DNA from: an uncultured Flavobacteriales bacterium
Lineage (GTDB): Bacteria; Bacteroidota; Bacteroidia; Flavobacteriales_F; PHOS-HE28
Length of the DNA: 64,000 nt
Reading direction: 5' to 3'
Assembly (NCBI GenBank): GCA_963814325.1
Contig: CAWFCK010000016.1
Span: 99,190-163,189 of the forward strand
This document shows, one piece after another, positions 33,960 through 45,308 of this stretch. Position 1 is the first letter of the stretch. The number at the start of each line of letters is the position of its first letter. A program made the position numbers and the translations under genes. A model generated the notes under the pieces. It did not search any database, had not been told where the DNA came from, and was given only the letters and a program-made list of their open reading frames with translations.

Positions 33960-34415
33960 TCAACCGCCCGCCAGCGCTTTCTTCACGGCCGCCGCAATTG
34001 CGCCGCCATCCGCCTTCCCTGCCAATTGTTCGTTCACGGCCTTCATCGCGCGTCCCATGTCGGCCATGCTCTTCGCTCCGATACCATCGAGGATGTTCTT
34101 CACTGCGGTCTGAACTTCCGCATCACCCATGCGGGCCGGTAGGTAGGCCTCGATCACCTTGGCCTGTGCGTCGTCCTCCGCCGCCAGATCGGCCCGCCCC
34201 TGTTGGTGATAGATGGCCGAGGCCTCTGTCCGCTGTTTGTGCAGCTTCTGCAGGATCTTCAAACCGGCCTCATCGGTCACCAGTCCCGGTCCGCCATCCT
34301 TCGTCAGTTCCATCAGGATGGCGCTTTTGATGGCGCGCAGTACGTTCAACCGGTCCTTCTCGCGGGCGAGCATGGCGGCCTTGATGTCAGCGTCGATGCG
34401 TTCGTGCAGGCTCAT
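33960..34415 (-). CDS. yqeY: GatB/YqeY domain protein
   Basis: MSLHERIDADIKAAMLAREKDRLNVLRAIKSAI... Conserved position just after ftsZ in Bacteroidota. Confidence 0.8.
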   Translation of the reverse strand: MSLHERIDADIKAAMLAREKDRLNVLRAIKSAILMELTKDGGPGLVTDEAGLKILQKLHKQRTEASAIYHQQGRADLAAEDDAQAKVIEAYLPARMGDAEVQTAVKNILDGIGAKSMADMGRAMKAVNEQLAGKADGGAIAAAVKKALAGG

Positions 34416-34527
34416 GATGCGTTCGTTTGCGGACCCGAAGTTAGCGGATGCGAAGAGGCTGCCCCGCAAAAGCCGGGATCCGCGCTGTTGGCGCGGATCC
34501 CGTTGCGAACTTCCGAAAGGACCTTCC

Positions 34528-36168
34528 TCAATCCACGTTGTCGTGCAGGAAGGGATTGTTGCGCTTCAACTGCACGCTGCGATCACCGTTCTCATCGGTC
34601 TCCTCGCTCAACGTGTACCGGCTGATGCTGCTGTCGCTGCTGTGCGGCGTATCCGTGAGGGTGACGTTCTTGCGCTTGTAAGCGGGCTCGCGCTCCAGGT
34701 CGGCCAGGCCGTTCGGTTGGCGGAGCTTCATGGTCATCTCGCGCATGCGGCTCACGCGGTCCTCCACGCGGTTCTGGTGTTCCTGCGCGTTGTTCTTCGC
34801 TTCGATCGGCGCTGCAACGGCGGCCTGTGTGAAGGATGCGTCGCTGGAGCTGTTCACGCTGGGCACTTCCTCGGCGGCGTACAGGTCGAACACCTTCTTC
34901 TCTTCCGCCACAACAGGGGGCGCAGGTGTGATCGTGCGCTGCACAGGCGCTTCGGCCTCGAACGGAATGGTGCGTTGCTCTTCCTTGGGTGTGGCTACTA
35001 CAGTGGGTGCAGGTGCTGCCTCTTCCGCGACGGGCACGGTCTTTACTTCCCACTCCGTGGCCTCAGATGCCGTGACCACAGGCGCCGCTTTGGTCGTTGC
35101 ACTGTTCGCCACCGGATTGGTGATGGGCGCGGTGATGATCGTGGGCTCCAGCTCGCCGAGGTGCATCACCTTGCGCTCGTCCTTCTTCTGCTCCTGTCCA
35201 ATGTCCAGCGGATTCTGGTTGAAGCCGGTGGCGATCAACGTTACACGCAGGCGATCGCCGAGCGATTCGTCGTGGCAATAGCCCCAGATCACATCGGCGC
35301 TGCTGCCGGCGGCATCCTGGATGTGGTCGGTGATCTCCGTCATCTCATCCATCTGCATCTGGCGGTCGCCCAAGGCGATGTTGAGCAGCACGTATTTCGC
35401 GCCGCGGATATCGCTGTCGTTCAGCAGGGGTGAGGCAAGCGCCTCCTGAGCTGCGCGGATCGCGCGGTCCTCGCCCTCGGCCTCGGCCATGCCCATGATG
35501 GCCACGCCGCTGTTGCTCATCACCGTACGCACGTCCTCGAAGTCCACGTTCACCTTTCCCGTCTTCATGATGATGTCGGCGATGCCACGTGCCGCGGTCG
35601 TCAGCACGTTGTCGGCATGCGCGAAGGCATCATCCATGGTCAGGTTGCCGTACAGGTCGCGGAGGCGGTCGTTGTTGATCACCAGCAATGTGTCCACCGC
35701 ATTGCGCATCTCTTCGATGCCGGAGCTGGCCTGCTGCTTGCGCTTGCGACCTTCCCAGTTGAAGGGCATGGTGACGATGCCTACGGTGAGCACGCCCATG
35801 TCGCGCGCCACGCGTGCGATCACGGGAGCGGCGCCCGTGCCCGTGCCACCACCCATGCCGGCGGTGATGAAGAGCATCTTGGTGCGTGTGTTCAGCAACT
35901 GGCGGATCTCCTCGATGTTCTCCTGCGCAGCAAGCCCGCCGCGTTCAGGAACGCTGCCGGCGCCGAGGCCTTCCGTAAGAGCCGTGCCGATCTGCAGCTT
36001 GGTGGGAATGGCGCTCATGTCGAGTGCCTGTTTGTCCGTGTTGCAGATCACGAAGTCAACACCATGGATGCCTTGTGCATACATGTGGTTCACAGCGTTG
36101 CTGCCGCCACCGCCCACGCCGATCACCTTGATGATGCTGGACAGTTCAGTTGGAAGATCGAATTTCAT
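34528..36168 (-). CDS. ftsZ: Cell division protein FtsZ (long disordered C-terminal linker)
   Basis: IKVIGVGGGGSNAVNHM, tubulin signature GGGTGTGAAPVIA, NVDFEDV. Confidence 0.95.
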   Translation of the reverse strand: MKFDLPTELSSIIKVIGVGGGGSNAVNHMYAQGIHGVDFVICNTDKQALDMSAIPTKLQIGTALTEGLGAGSVPERGGLAAQENIEEIRQLLNTRTKMLFITAGMGGGTGTGAAPVIARVARDMGVLTVGIVTMPFNWEGRKRKQQASSGIEEMRNAVDTLLVINNDRLRDLYGNLTMDDAFAHADNVLTTAARGIADIIMKTGKVNVDFEDVRTVMSNSGVAIMGMAEAEGEDRAIRAAQEALASPLLNDSDIRGAKYVLLNIALGDRQMQMDEMTEITDHIQDAAGSSADVIWGYCHDESLGDRLRVTLIATGFNQNPLDIGQEQKKDERKVMHLGELEPTIITAPITNPVANSATTKAAPVVTASEATEWEVKTVPVAEEAAPAPTVVATPKEEQRTIPFEAEAPVQRTITPAPPVVAEEKKVFDLYAAEEVPSVNSSSDASFTQAAVAAPIEAKNNAQEHQNRVEDRVSRMREMTMKLRQPNGLADLEREPAYKRKNVTLTDTPHSSDSSISRYTLSEETDENGDRSVQLKRNNPFLHDNVD

Positions 36169-36249
36169 GTTCGGGGGATTGAGGGGCTGAGGGAAGGGTG
36201 GGGTTGGTCGTTGTCAGGCGTTGGCGGGCCGGCTCTTCAGCTTGATCAA

Positions 36250-37545
36250 CTAGGCTTCGTCGTCGTTCAACAATTCAGTTGCGCCTTTCAACACGCGGTC
36301 GAAGAAGCCGCCCACCTTGGTCGGCTGGCTATGGCCTTTCACCTTCACGGTATTGTCGGTGATCTTCGGTCGACGACGATCGAGGTGGTCGAAGCCTTTC
36401 ATGACCAGTCCAACGCCGGTGGCAAAGAGCGGACTGGTCACGTCCTCCACATTGCTCTTCGCCAGGTGCTCATTGGGGTAGCCGATGCGAGTGCTCATGC
36501 CGGTCATGAACTCGGTGAGCTGGCGCAGGTGCTTCAGTTGCGCGCCACCACCGGTGAGCACGATGCCCGCGCTCAACTGCTTCTCCAATCCGCTGTTCTT
36601 GATCTCGAAGCATACATGCTCCAGGATCTCCTCCATGCGGCACTGGATGATGTGCGCGAGGTTCTTCAAGCTGATCTCCTTCGGCTCGCGGCCGCGCAAT
36701 CCGGGGATGCACACCACCTCGTTCTCCTTGTTCTCCGCGGCAAGGGCGCTGCCGAAGCGGGTCTTCAGGGTCTCGGCCTGATCGCGCAGGATCGAGCAGC
36801 CCATCTTGATGTCGTCGGTGATCACGTTGCCACCGAAGGGGATCACGGCGGTATGACGGATGATGTGGTCGCTGAAGATGGCGATGTCCGTTGTGCCACC
36901 ACCGATGTCCACGAGCACCACGCCCGCTTCCTTCTCCTCGGCACTGAGCACGGCGTCGGCGCTGGCCAGGGGCTCCAGGATGAGCTCGGTGACCTCGAGG
37001 CCGGCGCGGTGCACGCACTTGTTGATGTTGCGTGCGGCCGTAAGCTGGCCGCTGATGATGTGGAAGTTGGCCTCCATGCGCACACCGCTCATGCCGATGG
37101 GGTCCTTCAGGCCCTGCTCGCCATCAACGATGTACTCCTGCGGGATCACATGAATGATCTCCTCGCCGGGAGGCATCACCAGTTTGTACATGTCGTCGAT
37201 CAGCGCATCGATGTCGCTCTGGCGGATCTCCTCCTCGATGTTGGCGTTCTGGCGGGTGATCATGCCGCGGTGGTGCATGCTGCGGATGTGCTGCCCGGCG
37301 ATACCCACGTTCACCGTGGCGATGTCAACACCGGCGCTGTCCTCGGCTTCGCGAACGGCCTGCTTGATGCTGTCCACGGTCTTTTGGATGTTGCTCACCA
37401 CGCCACGGTTCACACCGTCGCTCTTGGCTTTGCCCATGCCCAGGATCTCGATCTTGCCCTGTTCGTTGCGGCGGCCTACGATGCAGGCGATCTTGGTGGT
37501 GCCGATGTCCAGGCCGGCCACGATCTCGTTCTGATGCTGTTCCAT
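36250..37545 (-). CDS. ftsA: Cell division protein FtsA
   Basis: Actin-like ATPase motifs: VAGLDIGTTKIACIVG, VLVDIGGGTTDIAIF. Confidence 0.9.
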   Translation of the reverse strand: MEQHQNEIVAGLDIGTTKIACIVGRRNEQGKIEILGMGKAKSDGVNRGVVSNIQKTVDSIKQAVREAEDSAGVDIATVNVGIAGQHIRSMHHRGMITRQNANIEEEIRQSDIDALIDDMYKLVMPPGEEIIHVIPQEYIVDGEQGLKDPIGMSGVRMEANFHIISGQLTAARNINKCVHRAGLEVTELILEPLASADAVLSAEEKEAGVVLVDIGGGTTDIAIFSDHIIRHTAVIPFGGNVITDDIKMGCSILRDQAETLKTRFGSALAAENKENEVVCIPGLRGREPKEISLKNLAHIIQCRMEEILEHVCFEIKNSGLEKQLSAGIVLTGGGAQLKHLRQLTEFMTGMSTRIGYPNEHLAKSNVEDVTSPLFATGVGLVMKGFDHLDRRRPKITDNTVKVKGHSQPTKVGGFFDRVLKGATELLNDDEA

Positions 37546-37572
37546 TCTGTTCGTTGCGCGGATGCGCGTTGG

Positions 37573-38448
37573 TTAAGGCGCCCGACGCGCCTCTGCGGGT
37601 TTAGGTGTCTGGGGAGCGATGCGCACATCGCTTTTCAAGGTGCACACGACCTGGTCGGCGAAGCGCGTGTCGATCACGCTGTAGCGGCGCCAGTCCGTTT
37701 GAGGAATGCCTTGGTCGTAGAAAGCCTTCAGTTTGGCCAGGTTGGGCTTCAGTTGTGAGCCGTCGCCCACGCGCACGCGCTGCCCACCGATGCGGGCGAT
37801 CAGTTCGATCTGGCCTGAGGCGTCCACATAGGCCTGGTCGAACAGCGCATTCCAGAACGGGTCGTTGGCGATGGTGGTGGCCACCGCATAAAGGCCGCGG
37901 CTGCGCGTGATGGTCGCCAGACTATCACCGAGGGTGCTCAGGTCGGTCACCGCGCTGGTGAACGGTTCGAAGAGCTCGCCGGTGGCCACCAGTACGCGGG
38001 CTGTGTAGTCCTTGCTCAGCGGCATCGTGAAGCCTTCGTCGTCGATGTAGAATCCGCTGCCATCGGCGTTGATCACGCGAATGATGGGGCGGCGTTGGGT
38101 CACGTTCACATGCAGCACGCCGTCCAGCGTGTGGTACACGTCGGCCTTGGCCACACAGGCGGTGTTGCGCAGTTCCTGTTCGATGGCCACCAGGTCCACG
38201 TGGTTGATCGGATCGCCGATGACGCCGTTGGCATGGGCCAGCACCTGCTCGCGCACGGCGTTCTCGTCTATGAAGTGCATGCCCTCGGTGGCCTCGGTCC
38301 GCAGGTGACCCATGTCCACGCGCACGGCCAGCTCACGGATCACGGTGTGGTCGGTGCTGTGTTCCACGAAACCGAGCATGACCACCAGGGCGAGCACACC
38401 CGCACCCAGGAGGGCGGGACGCAACAGGCGCTGGAGGCGGGTCTTCAT
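37573..38448 (-). CDS. ftsQ: Cell division protein FtsQ
   Basis: Position between murC and ftsA. N-terminal TM helix LLRPALLGAGVLALVVMLGFV followed by a POTRA-like region. Start taken at the internal Met that overlaps the murC stop. Confidence 0.65.
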   Translation of the reverse strand: MKTRLQRLLRPALLGAGVLALVVMLGFVEHSTDHTVIRELAVRVDMGHLRTEATEGMHFIDENAVREQVLAHANGVIGDPINHVDLVAIEQELRNTACVAKADVYHTLDGVLHVNVTQRRPIIRVINADGSGFYIDDEGFTMPLSKDYTARVLVATGELFEPFTSAVTDLSTLGDSLATITRSRGLYAVATTIANDPFWNALFDQAYVDASGQIELIARIGGQRVRVGDGSQLKPNLAKLKAFYDQGIPQTDWRRYSVIDTRFADQVVCTLKSDVRIAPQTPKPAEARRAP

Positions 38449-39817
38449 GAGCGGGCTTCGATCAGTGCGGCCAGAGCGGGTACATAACGGTCGATATCGC
38501 CCGCGCCAAGCGCGAGCAAGATGTCCACTTTGCGCGTGTCCATCAGGGCCAGAAGACCCTCCTTTGTGCACAGGGTCTTGTTCATCATGGGCACCTGCTC
38601 CAGCAGCCAGGCGCTGGTGATGCCCGGCAGCGGCTCCTCGCGGGCCGGATAGATCTCCAGCAGGATCAGTTCGTCGAGCAAGGCGAGGCTCTTTCCGAAG
38701 TCGGCGGCGAGGTCGCGCGTGCGGGTGAAGAGGTGGGGTTGGAAGATGCCGGTGACCCTGCGCCCGGGGTACATCTCGCGCACACTGCGGATGCAGGCCT
38801 CCAGTTCGGTGGGGTGATGCGCGTAGTCGTCGATGAACACGGCGTTTTTGGTCTTCGCACGCATCTCGAAACGGCGGCTCACTCCGCGGAAGCTCGCCAG
38901 CGCTCGCCGCAGTTTTTCGGGCGGCACGCCCAGGTCCAGCGCCATGGTGCTGGCTGCTATGGCGTTCTCCACATTGTGGCGCCCGGCCATGCCCAGCACC
39001 AGATCGCGCAGCGCATGATGTTCCGTCACCAGGTCGAAATGGTACGCACCATCGCGCACGCTGATGTTCTCGGCGCGGGGCATCGTGGTGGCGTTGATGG
39101 CGTAAGTGCCCAGCCCCTTCCGGTCGGTGAAATGCCGCGCGACGCGTTCATGCACCAGCAGCCTGCCCTTTACCAGCGCAGCGAACTCGGCATAGGAAGC
39201 GTACATCGCTTCAGCCGTTCCGTAGATGTCGAGGTGGTCGGGGTCCATGGCGGTGATGATGGCCTCACTGGGAGATAAACGCAGAAAGCTGCGGTCGTAT
39301 TCGTCGGCCTCCACCACGTTCACCTGTGCATCATCGTTCAGGAGCACGTTCGTGCCATAGTTCGCACTGATCCCACCGAGGAACGCGTTGCACTTCACGC
39401 CCCCTTCCGTCAGCAGGTGGGCGAGCATGGTGCTCACGGTGGTCTTGCCATGCGTGCCCGCCACGGCAACGGTGCGCCGATCGCGCGTGATCATGCCGAG
39501 CACTTCGCTCCGTTTCAGGATGTGCGCACCCTTGTCCTGCCAGTACTTCAACAGGGGACTTGTCGCGGGTACGGCGGGTGTGCGCACCACCAGCACATCT
39601 GCGGCTGGGGCGTTCCGGAACTCCTCGGGAATGAGCCCGGGATTCTCATCGAACTGCACCTCGATGCCTTCCATGCGCAACTGGCCGATGAGCTCACTGG
39701 GCGTGCGATCGTAGCCGGCCACCGTGCTGCCTGCACGACGGTAGTAACGCGCAAGGCCGCTCATGCCGATGCCGCCGATGCCGATGAAGTAGAGGTAGGG
39801 GGGCGTTTGGTGCTCAT
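38445..39817 (-). CDS. murC: UDP-N-acetylmuramate--L-alanine ligase. Probable homopolymer frameshift in a C6 run near 39795
   Basis: ...MSTKRPP / YLYFIGIGGIGMSGLARYY; VAVAGTHGKTTVSTMLAHLL; Mur ligase domains throughout. Confidence 0.85.
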
Positions 39818-39880
39818 CTGTTGATCTTCTATTGCGCTGGCTTGGATCGGGCGAGCCGGATCACTTCCGCCGCGATGGCC

Positions 39881-40958
39881 TCAGCAGCGTTCTCCTTCCC
39901 GAGCCCGGCGATCGCGCTGCGCAGTTTCATCAATGCATTCTCGTCGCTGACCAGGCGCGATGATCTCCTTGCCGAGTTCCTCCACGGCGCGATCATCCTT
40001 CACCAATACCGCCGCCCCGCGATCGGTGAGGGCACGTGCGTTCTTGGTCTGGTGATCCTCTGCTGCGGTGGGCAGGGGCACCAGGATGGCGGGCAGTTGC
40101 ACCAGACACAGTTCGCTCACGCTGATGGCGCCCGCGCGCGCCACCACCAGGTCGGCGATGGCATAGGCATAGTCCATCTTGCCCACGAACTCGTACACCT
40201 TGCAATCGGTGTAGCCCAGCTTGGTCACAGCATCCTGCGCTTGCTTGAAGTATGGCGTACCCGTTTGCCAGATGAGCTGGATGCCGTGCTCTTTCAGCAG
40301 GGGTAGGGCGGCTTCGATCCCGCGGTTGATGCCCCGCGCGCCCAGGCTTCCACCGGTGACGAACACGATGGGGCCGCCCTCGCGCAGTCCGAAATGCTCC
40401 AGGCCGCGCGGGCCCTTGCCGGTGAGGCGGACCACTTCCTGCCGTACCGGATTACCGGTAAGCAGCAGCCGGTCGTTCGGGAAGTACTTCTCCATGCCTT
40501 CATAGGCCACGCAGATGCGGTCGGCCTTGCGGCCAAGGATGCGGTTCGTGGCCCCGGCATGGCTGTTCTGCTCCTGGATCAAGGTGCGCACACCGGCCCG
40601 CTGTGCTGCGGCGAGCGTGGGACCGCTGGCATAGCCGCCGACGCCCACGGCCACATGCGGATTGAAGGTGCGCACCAGCCGACGCGCCTTCCACATGCTG
40701 CGCAGGAGAAGGATGGGCAGGTTGATGTTCTTCCACAGCCCGTCGCGCTGAAATCCACGGATGGGCAGGCCTTCGATGCGATAGCCTGCGGCGGGCACCT
40801 TCTCCATCTCCATCTTGCCTTCGGCACCCACGAAGAGGAACTCGGTGCCCGGTTCGCGCTCCTTCACCGCGTTCGCGATGGCGATGGCCGGGAAGATGTG
40901 CCCTCCCGTGCCTCCGCCGGAGATCGATCGACCTAAGCGATCGCGATGGCTGGTTCAT
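39881..40958 (-). CDS. murG: UDP-N-acetylglucosamine--N-acetylmuramyl-(pentapeptide) pyrophosphoryl-undecaprenol N-acetylglucosamine transferase. Frameshift near 40925-40940
   Basis: ISGGGTGGHIFPAIAIANAVKEREPG... ATGA overlap with the ftsW stop. Confidence 0.85.
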
Positions 40959-42133
40959 CGGGCGATGAGGTGCGGGGTCGTTTCTCGGGAGCGGCCTCCT
41001 TGCCCGGTGTTTCCACATGGCGGCTCACGCTTACGATGATGCCGAGTGCAAGGCAGGTGAACCACATGCTCGTGCCACCCATGCTCACCAGGGGCAAGCG
41101 GTTGACCGGTCACGGGAACGAGGTTCACGGCCACGGCCATGTTCACCAAGGCCTGCAGGACCAGACCCAGCGCCAGCCCGATCGCAGCGAGCTGGCCGAA
41201 TCGTTTTTCGCATCTGCCGGCGATGCGCATGGCGCGGAACATGAGGATGAGGTAGAGCAGCAGGAGGCCAAGGCCACCGATGATGCTGCCGTACTCATCA
41301 ATGATGAAAGCGTAGATCATGTCGCTCTCCGGATGCGGCATGAAGTTGCGCGAGATGCCGTTGCCCGGTCCATTCGGCAGCAGGCCTCCGTGAACGATGG
41401 CCACCTTGGCGTAGTTCGCCTGGTAGTTCGCATCGCGGTCCTCGCCTCCGTGGGATGTCAGGCGCGACTCCCAGGTCTGCAGGCGCGGCAACAGGTCCGG
41501 ATTCGTTTTGGCCAGCAACAACAGTATGAGGAAGGCACCGATCGCGATGCCACCGATGGCGAACATGTGCTTCAACGGCACCTGTCCGATGAACATCAGG
41601 ATCATGCACGTGCCGAAGAGGAGGGCTGCGGTGGAGAAGTTCGCGGGCAGGATCAATCCGCAGATGGCGCCTACGGGAAGGATGAGCTGCAGCATCACTT
41701 CGCGGAAGGTCCACGGCGCTTCGCGATGATGTCCGAGCACCCGGGCGAGGTACAGGATGATGACCACCCGCGCCAGGTCACTGGTCTGGAACGTGATGCC
41801 CAATCCGGGCACGCGCAGCCAGCGGGATGCGTCGTTCACGTTGCTGCCGATGAGCAGCGTGAGCAACAACAGACCGATGGTGACCGGCAGCGCGAGCTGG
41901 GACAGGCGCGAGTACACCGTGAACTTGAGCTTGCTGGCGGCGTACATGATGAAGCCACCGGCCGCGAGCATGAACGCCTGTTTGAAGAGCACCCCCATCG
42001 TGCCACCACTGTCGCGCCAGGCCATCCAGCTGCTCGCGCTGTACACGGCGAGCAGGCTCACGAGGCCCAGGATCAGCGCCACCATCCAGATGATGCGGTC
42101 GCCCTTGAGGTGTTGGTTGAAGAAGGTGTTCAT
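40955..42133 (-). CDS. ftsW: FtsW/RodA (SEDS) family peptidoglycan glycosyltransferase
   Basis: About 393 aa, multi-TM. Start at MNTFFNQHLKGDRIIW. Confidence 0.85.
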   Translation of the reverse strand: MNTFFNQHLKGDRIIWMVALILGLVSLLAVYSASSWMAWRDSGGTMGVLFKQAFMLAAGGFIMYAASKLKFTVYSRLSQLALPVTIGLLLLTLLIGSNVNDASRWLRVPGLGITFQTSDLARVVIILYLARVLGHHREAPWTFREVMLQLILPVGAICGLILPANFSTAALLFGTCMILMFIGQVPLKHMFAIGGIAIGAFLILLLLAKTNPDLLPRLQTWESRLTSHGGEDRDANYQANYAKVAIVHGGLLPNGPGNGISRNFMPHPESDMIYAFIIDEYGSIIGGLGLLLLYLILMFRAMRIAGRCEKRFGQLAAIGLALGLVLQALVNMAVAVNLVPVTGQPLAPGEHGWHEHVVHLPCTRHHRKREPPCGNTGQGGRSRETTPHLIAR

Positions 42134-42153
42134 GCTCGTTGGTGCAATTCGGC

Positions 42154-42720
42154 TCAGAGATCGCGCACCGCGCGTTTGAACTCGGCCCCGCGCTCCTCGT
42201 AGTTCGCAAATCCATTGCCGCTCGGGCATGCAGGTGAGAAGAGGACCACCTCACCGTTACGGGCCAGTTCACGCGCCACGAACACCGCCGTGCGCAGTTC
42301 CTCGGCGGTGTACATGTGTTCGGTGAACGGTTTCAACGCTTCGATCCCGCGCTCTCCCGGACGTCCGAAGAGCACCAGCGCCACCACGCGCTCGCGCAGG
42401 AACTCCTGGATGTGCGCCTGCCCGATGTCGGCGGCCAGATCGCCGGCGATCCACACGATCGGGCGGTCGATGCTCGACATGGACTGCAGCGTGGCATCCA
42501 GGAAGGTGCTTTTGCTGTCGTTCACGTACTCCACGCCGTTCACCACCGCAACGGCCTCAAGGCTATGCGGTCCGCTCTGCTGTTCACCGAGGCTTTCCGT
42601 CCTTGCTTGTACGAGACGGGTCGCGGCGGTCTGTCCGAGAAGTCTGTAGAAGGTGTCCTGGTCCATGGTCCTGGTTTTTTGGGGCGCGGTATGGACGATG
42701 CATGCATCGTCCATAAACAC
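42154..42720 (-). pseudogene. Diverged second copy of the MurD C-terminal (Mur ligase C-terminal) domain, about 175 aa. Either a remnant or a stand-alone domain protein
   Basis: HSLEAVAVVNGVEYVNDSKSTFLDATLQSMSSIDRPIVWIAGD...VVLFSPACPSGNGFANYEERGAEFKRAVRDL aligns at about 40-45% identity with the C-terminus of the adjacent full-length MurD ([43 protein letters not shown]...[31 protein letters not shown]). Confidence 0.6.
42701..42720. repeat. Perfect 20-bp palindrome GGACGATGCATGCATCGTCC
   Basis: Read directly. Lies about 19 bp downstream of the murD stop and covers the first possible Met of the MurD-C-terminal fragment. Confidence 0.9.
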
Positions 42721-42738
42721 GCTTGGTTCAGAGTGCGC

Positions 42739-44063
42739 GGACGGCTGCTTTGAATTTGCGGCCGCGGTCCTCGTAGTTCTCGAAGAGGTCGAAGGAGGCG
42801 CAGGCAGGGGAGAGCAGAACGACATCGCCTTCCTCGGCCTGCTCATAAGCGGCCTGCACTGCCTGGGGCGCATTGTCCGTGTCCACGATGAAGGGTACCA
42901 GGTGCGCGAAGGCGGCATGTGATCTTCTCGTTCTCCTTTCCGAGGCACACGATGGCCTTCACCTTCTGCTTCACCAGTTCGGTCAGGGTGCTGTAGTCGT
43001 TGCCCTTGTCCGTGCCGCCCACCACCCAGATCACGGGCTTCTCCATGCTCTCCAGCGCATACCACGCGCTGTTCACGTTGGTGGCCTTGCTGTCGTTGAT
43101 GAACTCGATGCCATGCACCGTGGCCACACGCTCAAGGCGGTGCTCAACGTTCTGGAAATCGCTCAGCGACTCGCGGATCGTATCGTTGCGGATGTCCAGG
43201 ATGCGTGCGGCAATGCCGGCCGCCATGCTGTTGTACACATTGTGCCGGCCTTGGAGTGCGAGTTCGTGGATGCTCATGCTGAAGTTGGATTGTTGAACGT
43301 TGAGGTGGATGGATCGATCGTGCAGATAGCCGCCTTGCGGCTGCGTGGTGTTCAGTGATAAGGGCCAGCGACGCGCTCGCACCAGGTGCAGGCTGAGGCC
43401 GGCGTTGGTCTCCGGGTCGTCCGCGCAATGGATGAAGTGGTCGTTCGCATCCTGGTTCATGGTGATGCGGAACTTGCTCGCCACATAATCACCCATGCGG
43501 TTCTGGTAGCGGTCCAGATGGTCCGGGGTGATGTTGGTGAGGATCGCGATGTGCGGATGGAATTCGCGGATGCCATCGAGCTGAAAGGAGCTCAGCTCGA
43601 GCACGAACACCGCGCGATCGCGCTCCGCCACCAGTCCGGCGAACGAGGTCCCCACATTGCCGCCCACGGCCACATCGAGGCCGGCCTTTTGCAGGATGTG
43701 GCCGGTGAGCAGCGTGGTGGTGGTCTTTCCGTTGCTGCCGGTGATGCCTACGATGGTGGCCTTCGTATAGCGGGAGGCGAGTTCGATCTCGCTGATGATG
43801 GGAATGCCCTTTTCGCGGGAGGCACGTACCAGGGATGCAGTATCGGGGATGCCGGGGCTCTTGACGATCTCGGAGGCTGCGAGCACACGCTCCGCGCTAT
43901 GACCACCCTCCTCGAACTCGATGTCATGCGCCTGGAGCAGCACCTTGTAGTCCGCCTTGATCTTCCCGGCGTCGCTCACGAACACGGGGATGCCGCGCTT
44001 CTTCGCGAGCAGCGCAGCGCCCGTGCCGCTCTCCTGTGCCCCGAGGATCACCAGCTCGCTCAT
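42739..44063 (-). CDS. murD: UDP-N-acetylmuramoylalanine--D-glutamate ligase. Frameshift near 42930-42960
   Basis: [20 protein letters not shown], full three-domain Mur ligase. C-terminus recovered in another frame ending ...KFKAAVRAL. Confidence 0.85.
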
Positions 44064-45306
44064 CGCAGCTTCAGGGTTACGAGGGTGAGCACGGCCAGCA
44101 TCACGCCCACGATCCAGAAGCGGGCCACGATCTTGCTCTCGTGGTAGCCCAGTTTCTGGTAGTGGTGGTGCAGCGGCGACATCTTGAAGATCCTGCGACC
44201 CTCACCGTACTTCCGCCTGGTGTACTTGAACCAGGAGACCTGCAACATCACGCTCAGGTTCTCCACCACGAACACGCCGCAGAGCACGGGGATCAGCAGC
44301 TCCTTGCGCACGAGGATGGCGAGCGTGGCGATGGTGCCGCCCAGCATCAGGCTGCCGGTGTCGCCCATGAAGACCTGCGCGGGGTAGGTGTTGTACCACA
44401 GGAAGCCGATGCATGCACCGAGCAATGCGCCGATGAACACCACCAGTTCCCCGATACCGGGTATGTACATCACGTCCAGGTACTGGCTGAACATGATGTT
44501 CCCGCTGATGTACGTGAGGATGCCAGCGCCAGCACGATGATGGCACTGCTGCCCGCGGCCAGCCCGTCGATGCCATCGGTGATGTTGGCACCGTTGCTCA
44601 CCGCGGTGATGATGAAGACCACCGCAAGCACATAGATGATCCAGGTGTACCGGCGCGCGTCGTTGCCGAACACCTTCAGGATGGAGGAATAGTTGAACTC
44701 GTTCTCCTTGACGAAGGGGATGGTGGTGTTCGGCAGCTTGCGGTCTAGCAGGAAGTGCGTTTCACCCTGCTTGTCGTTGTATTGGGTGATCTCCTCGTCG
44801 CTGAACTGCTGGGCGATCACCTCGGGCACCTCCACCTTGGTGCGGATCGCAGGGTGGAAATAGACGGTGAGGCCCACGATCAGGCCGATGCCGATCTGCC
44901 CGATCACCTTGCTGGTGCCGGCCAGACCGCGCTTGTCCTTCTTGAAGACCTTGATGTAGTCGTCGATGAAGCCGATGGCCCCCAACCACAGGGTGCTGGC
45001 GAGCATCAGCAGTATGTACACGTTGTTCAACCGGGCGAAGAGCAGCGTGGGGATCACCACACCGGCGATGATCATCAGCCCGCCCATCGTGGGCGTGCCC
45101 TGCTTCTGGATCTGCCCCTCGAGACCCAGGTCGCGCACGGTCTCGCCCACCTGCATGCGGCGCAGCAGCTTGATGATGCCTTTGCCGAACCACAGGGTGA
45201 TGACCAGGGACACGAACAGCGCCATGCCCGCGCGGAACGTGATGTAGTTGAACGCACCGCTGCCGGGCAGCGAGAAGTCCATGGCCCTGAACAGGTGGTA
45301 GAGCAT
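44060..45306 (-). CDS. mraY: Phospho-N-acetylmuramoyl-pentapeptide transferase. Frameshift near 44490-44520
   Basis: N-terminal 278-aa ORF plus C-terminal 144-aa ORF (...[17 protein letters not shown]). ATGA overlaps with murD and murE. Confidence 0.85.
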
Positions 45307-45308
45307 GG

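Noticed and set aside
36250-37545. Numerous overlapping ORFs in other frames within the ftsA, ftsZ, murC and kor genes (for example 35617-37758 plus, 713 aa)
   Set aside because: High GC content produces long open alternative frames. These products have no motifs and overlap strongly supported genes.
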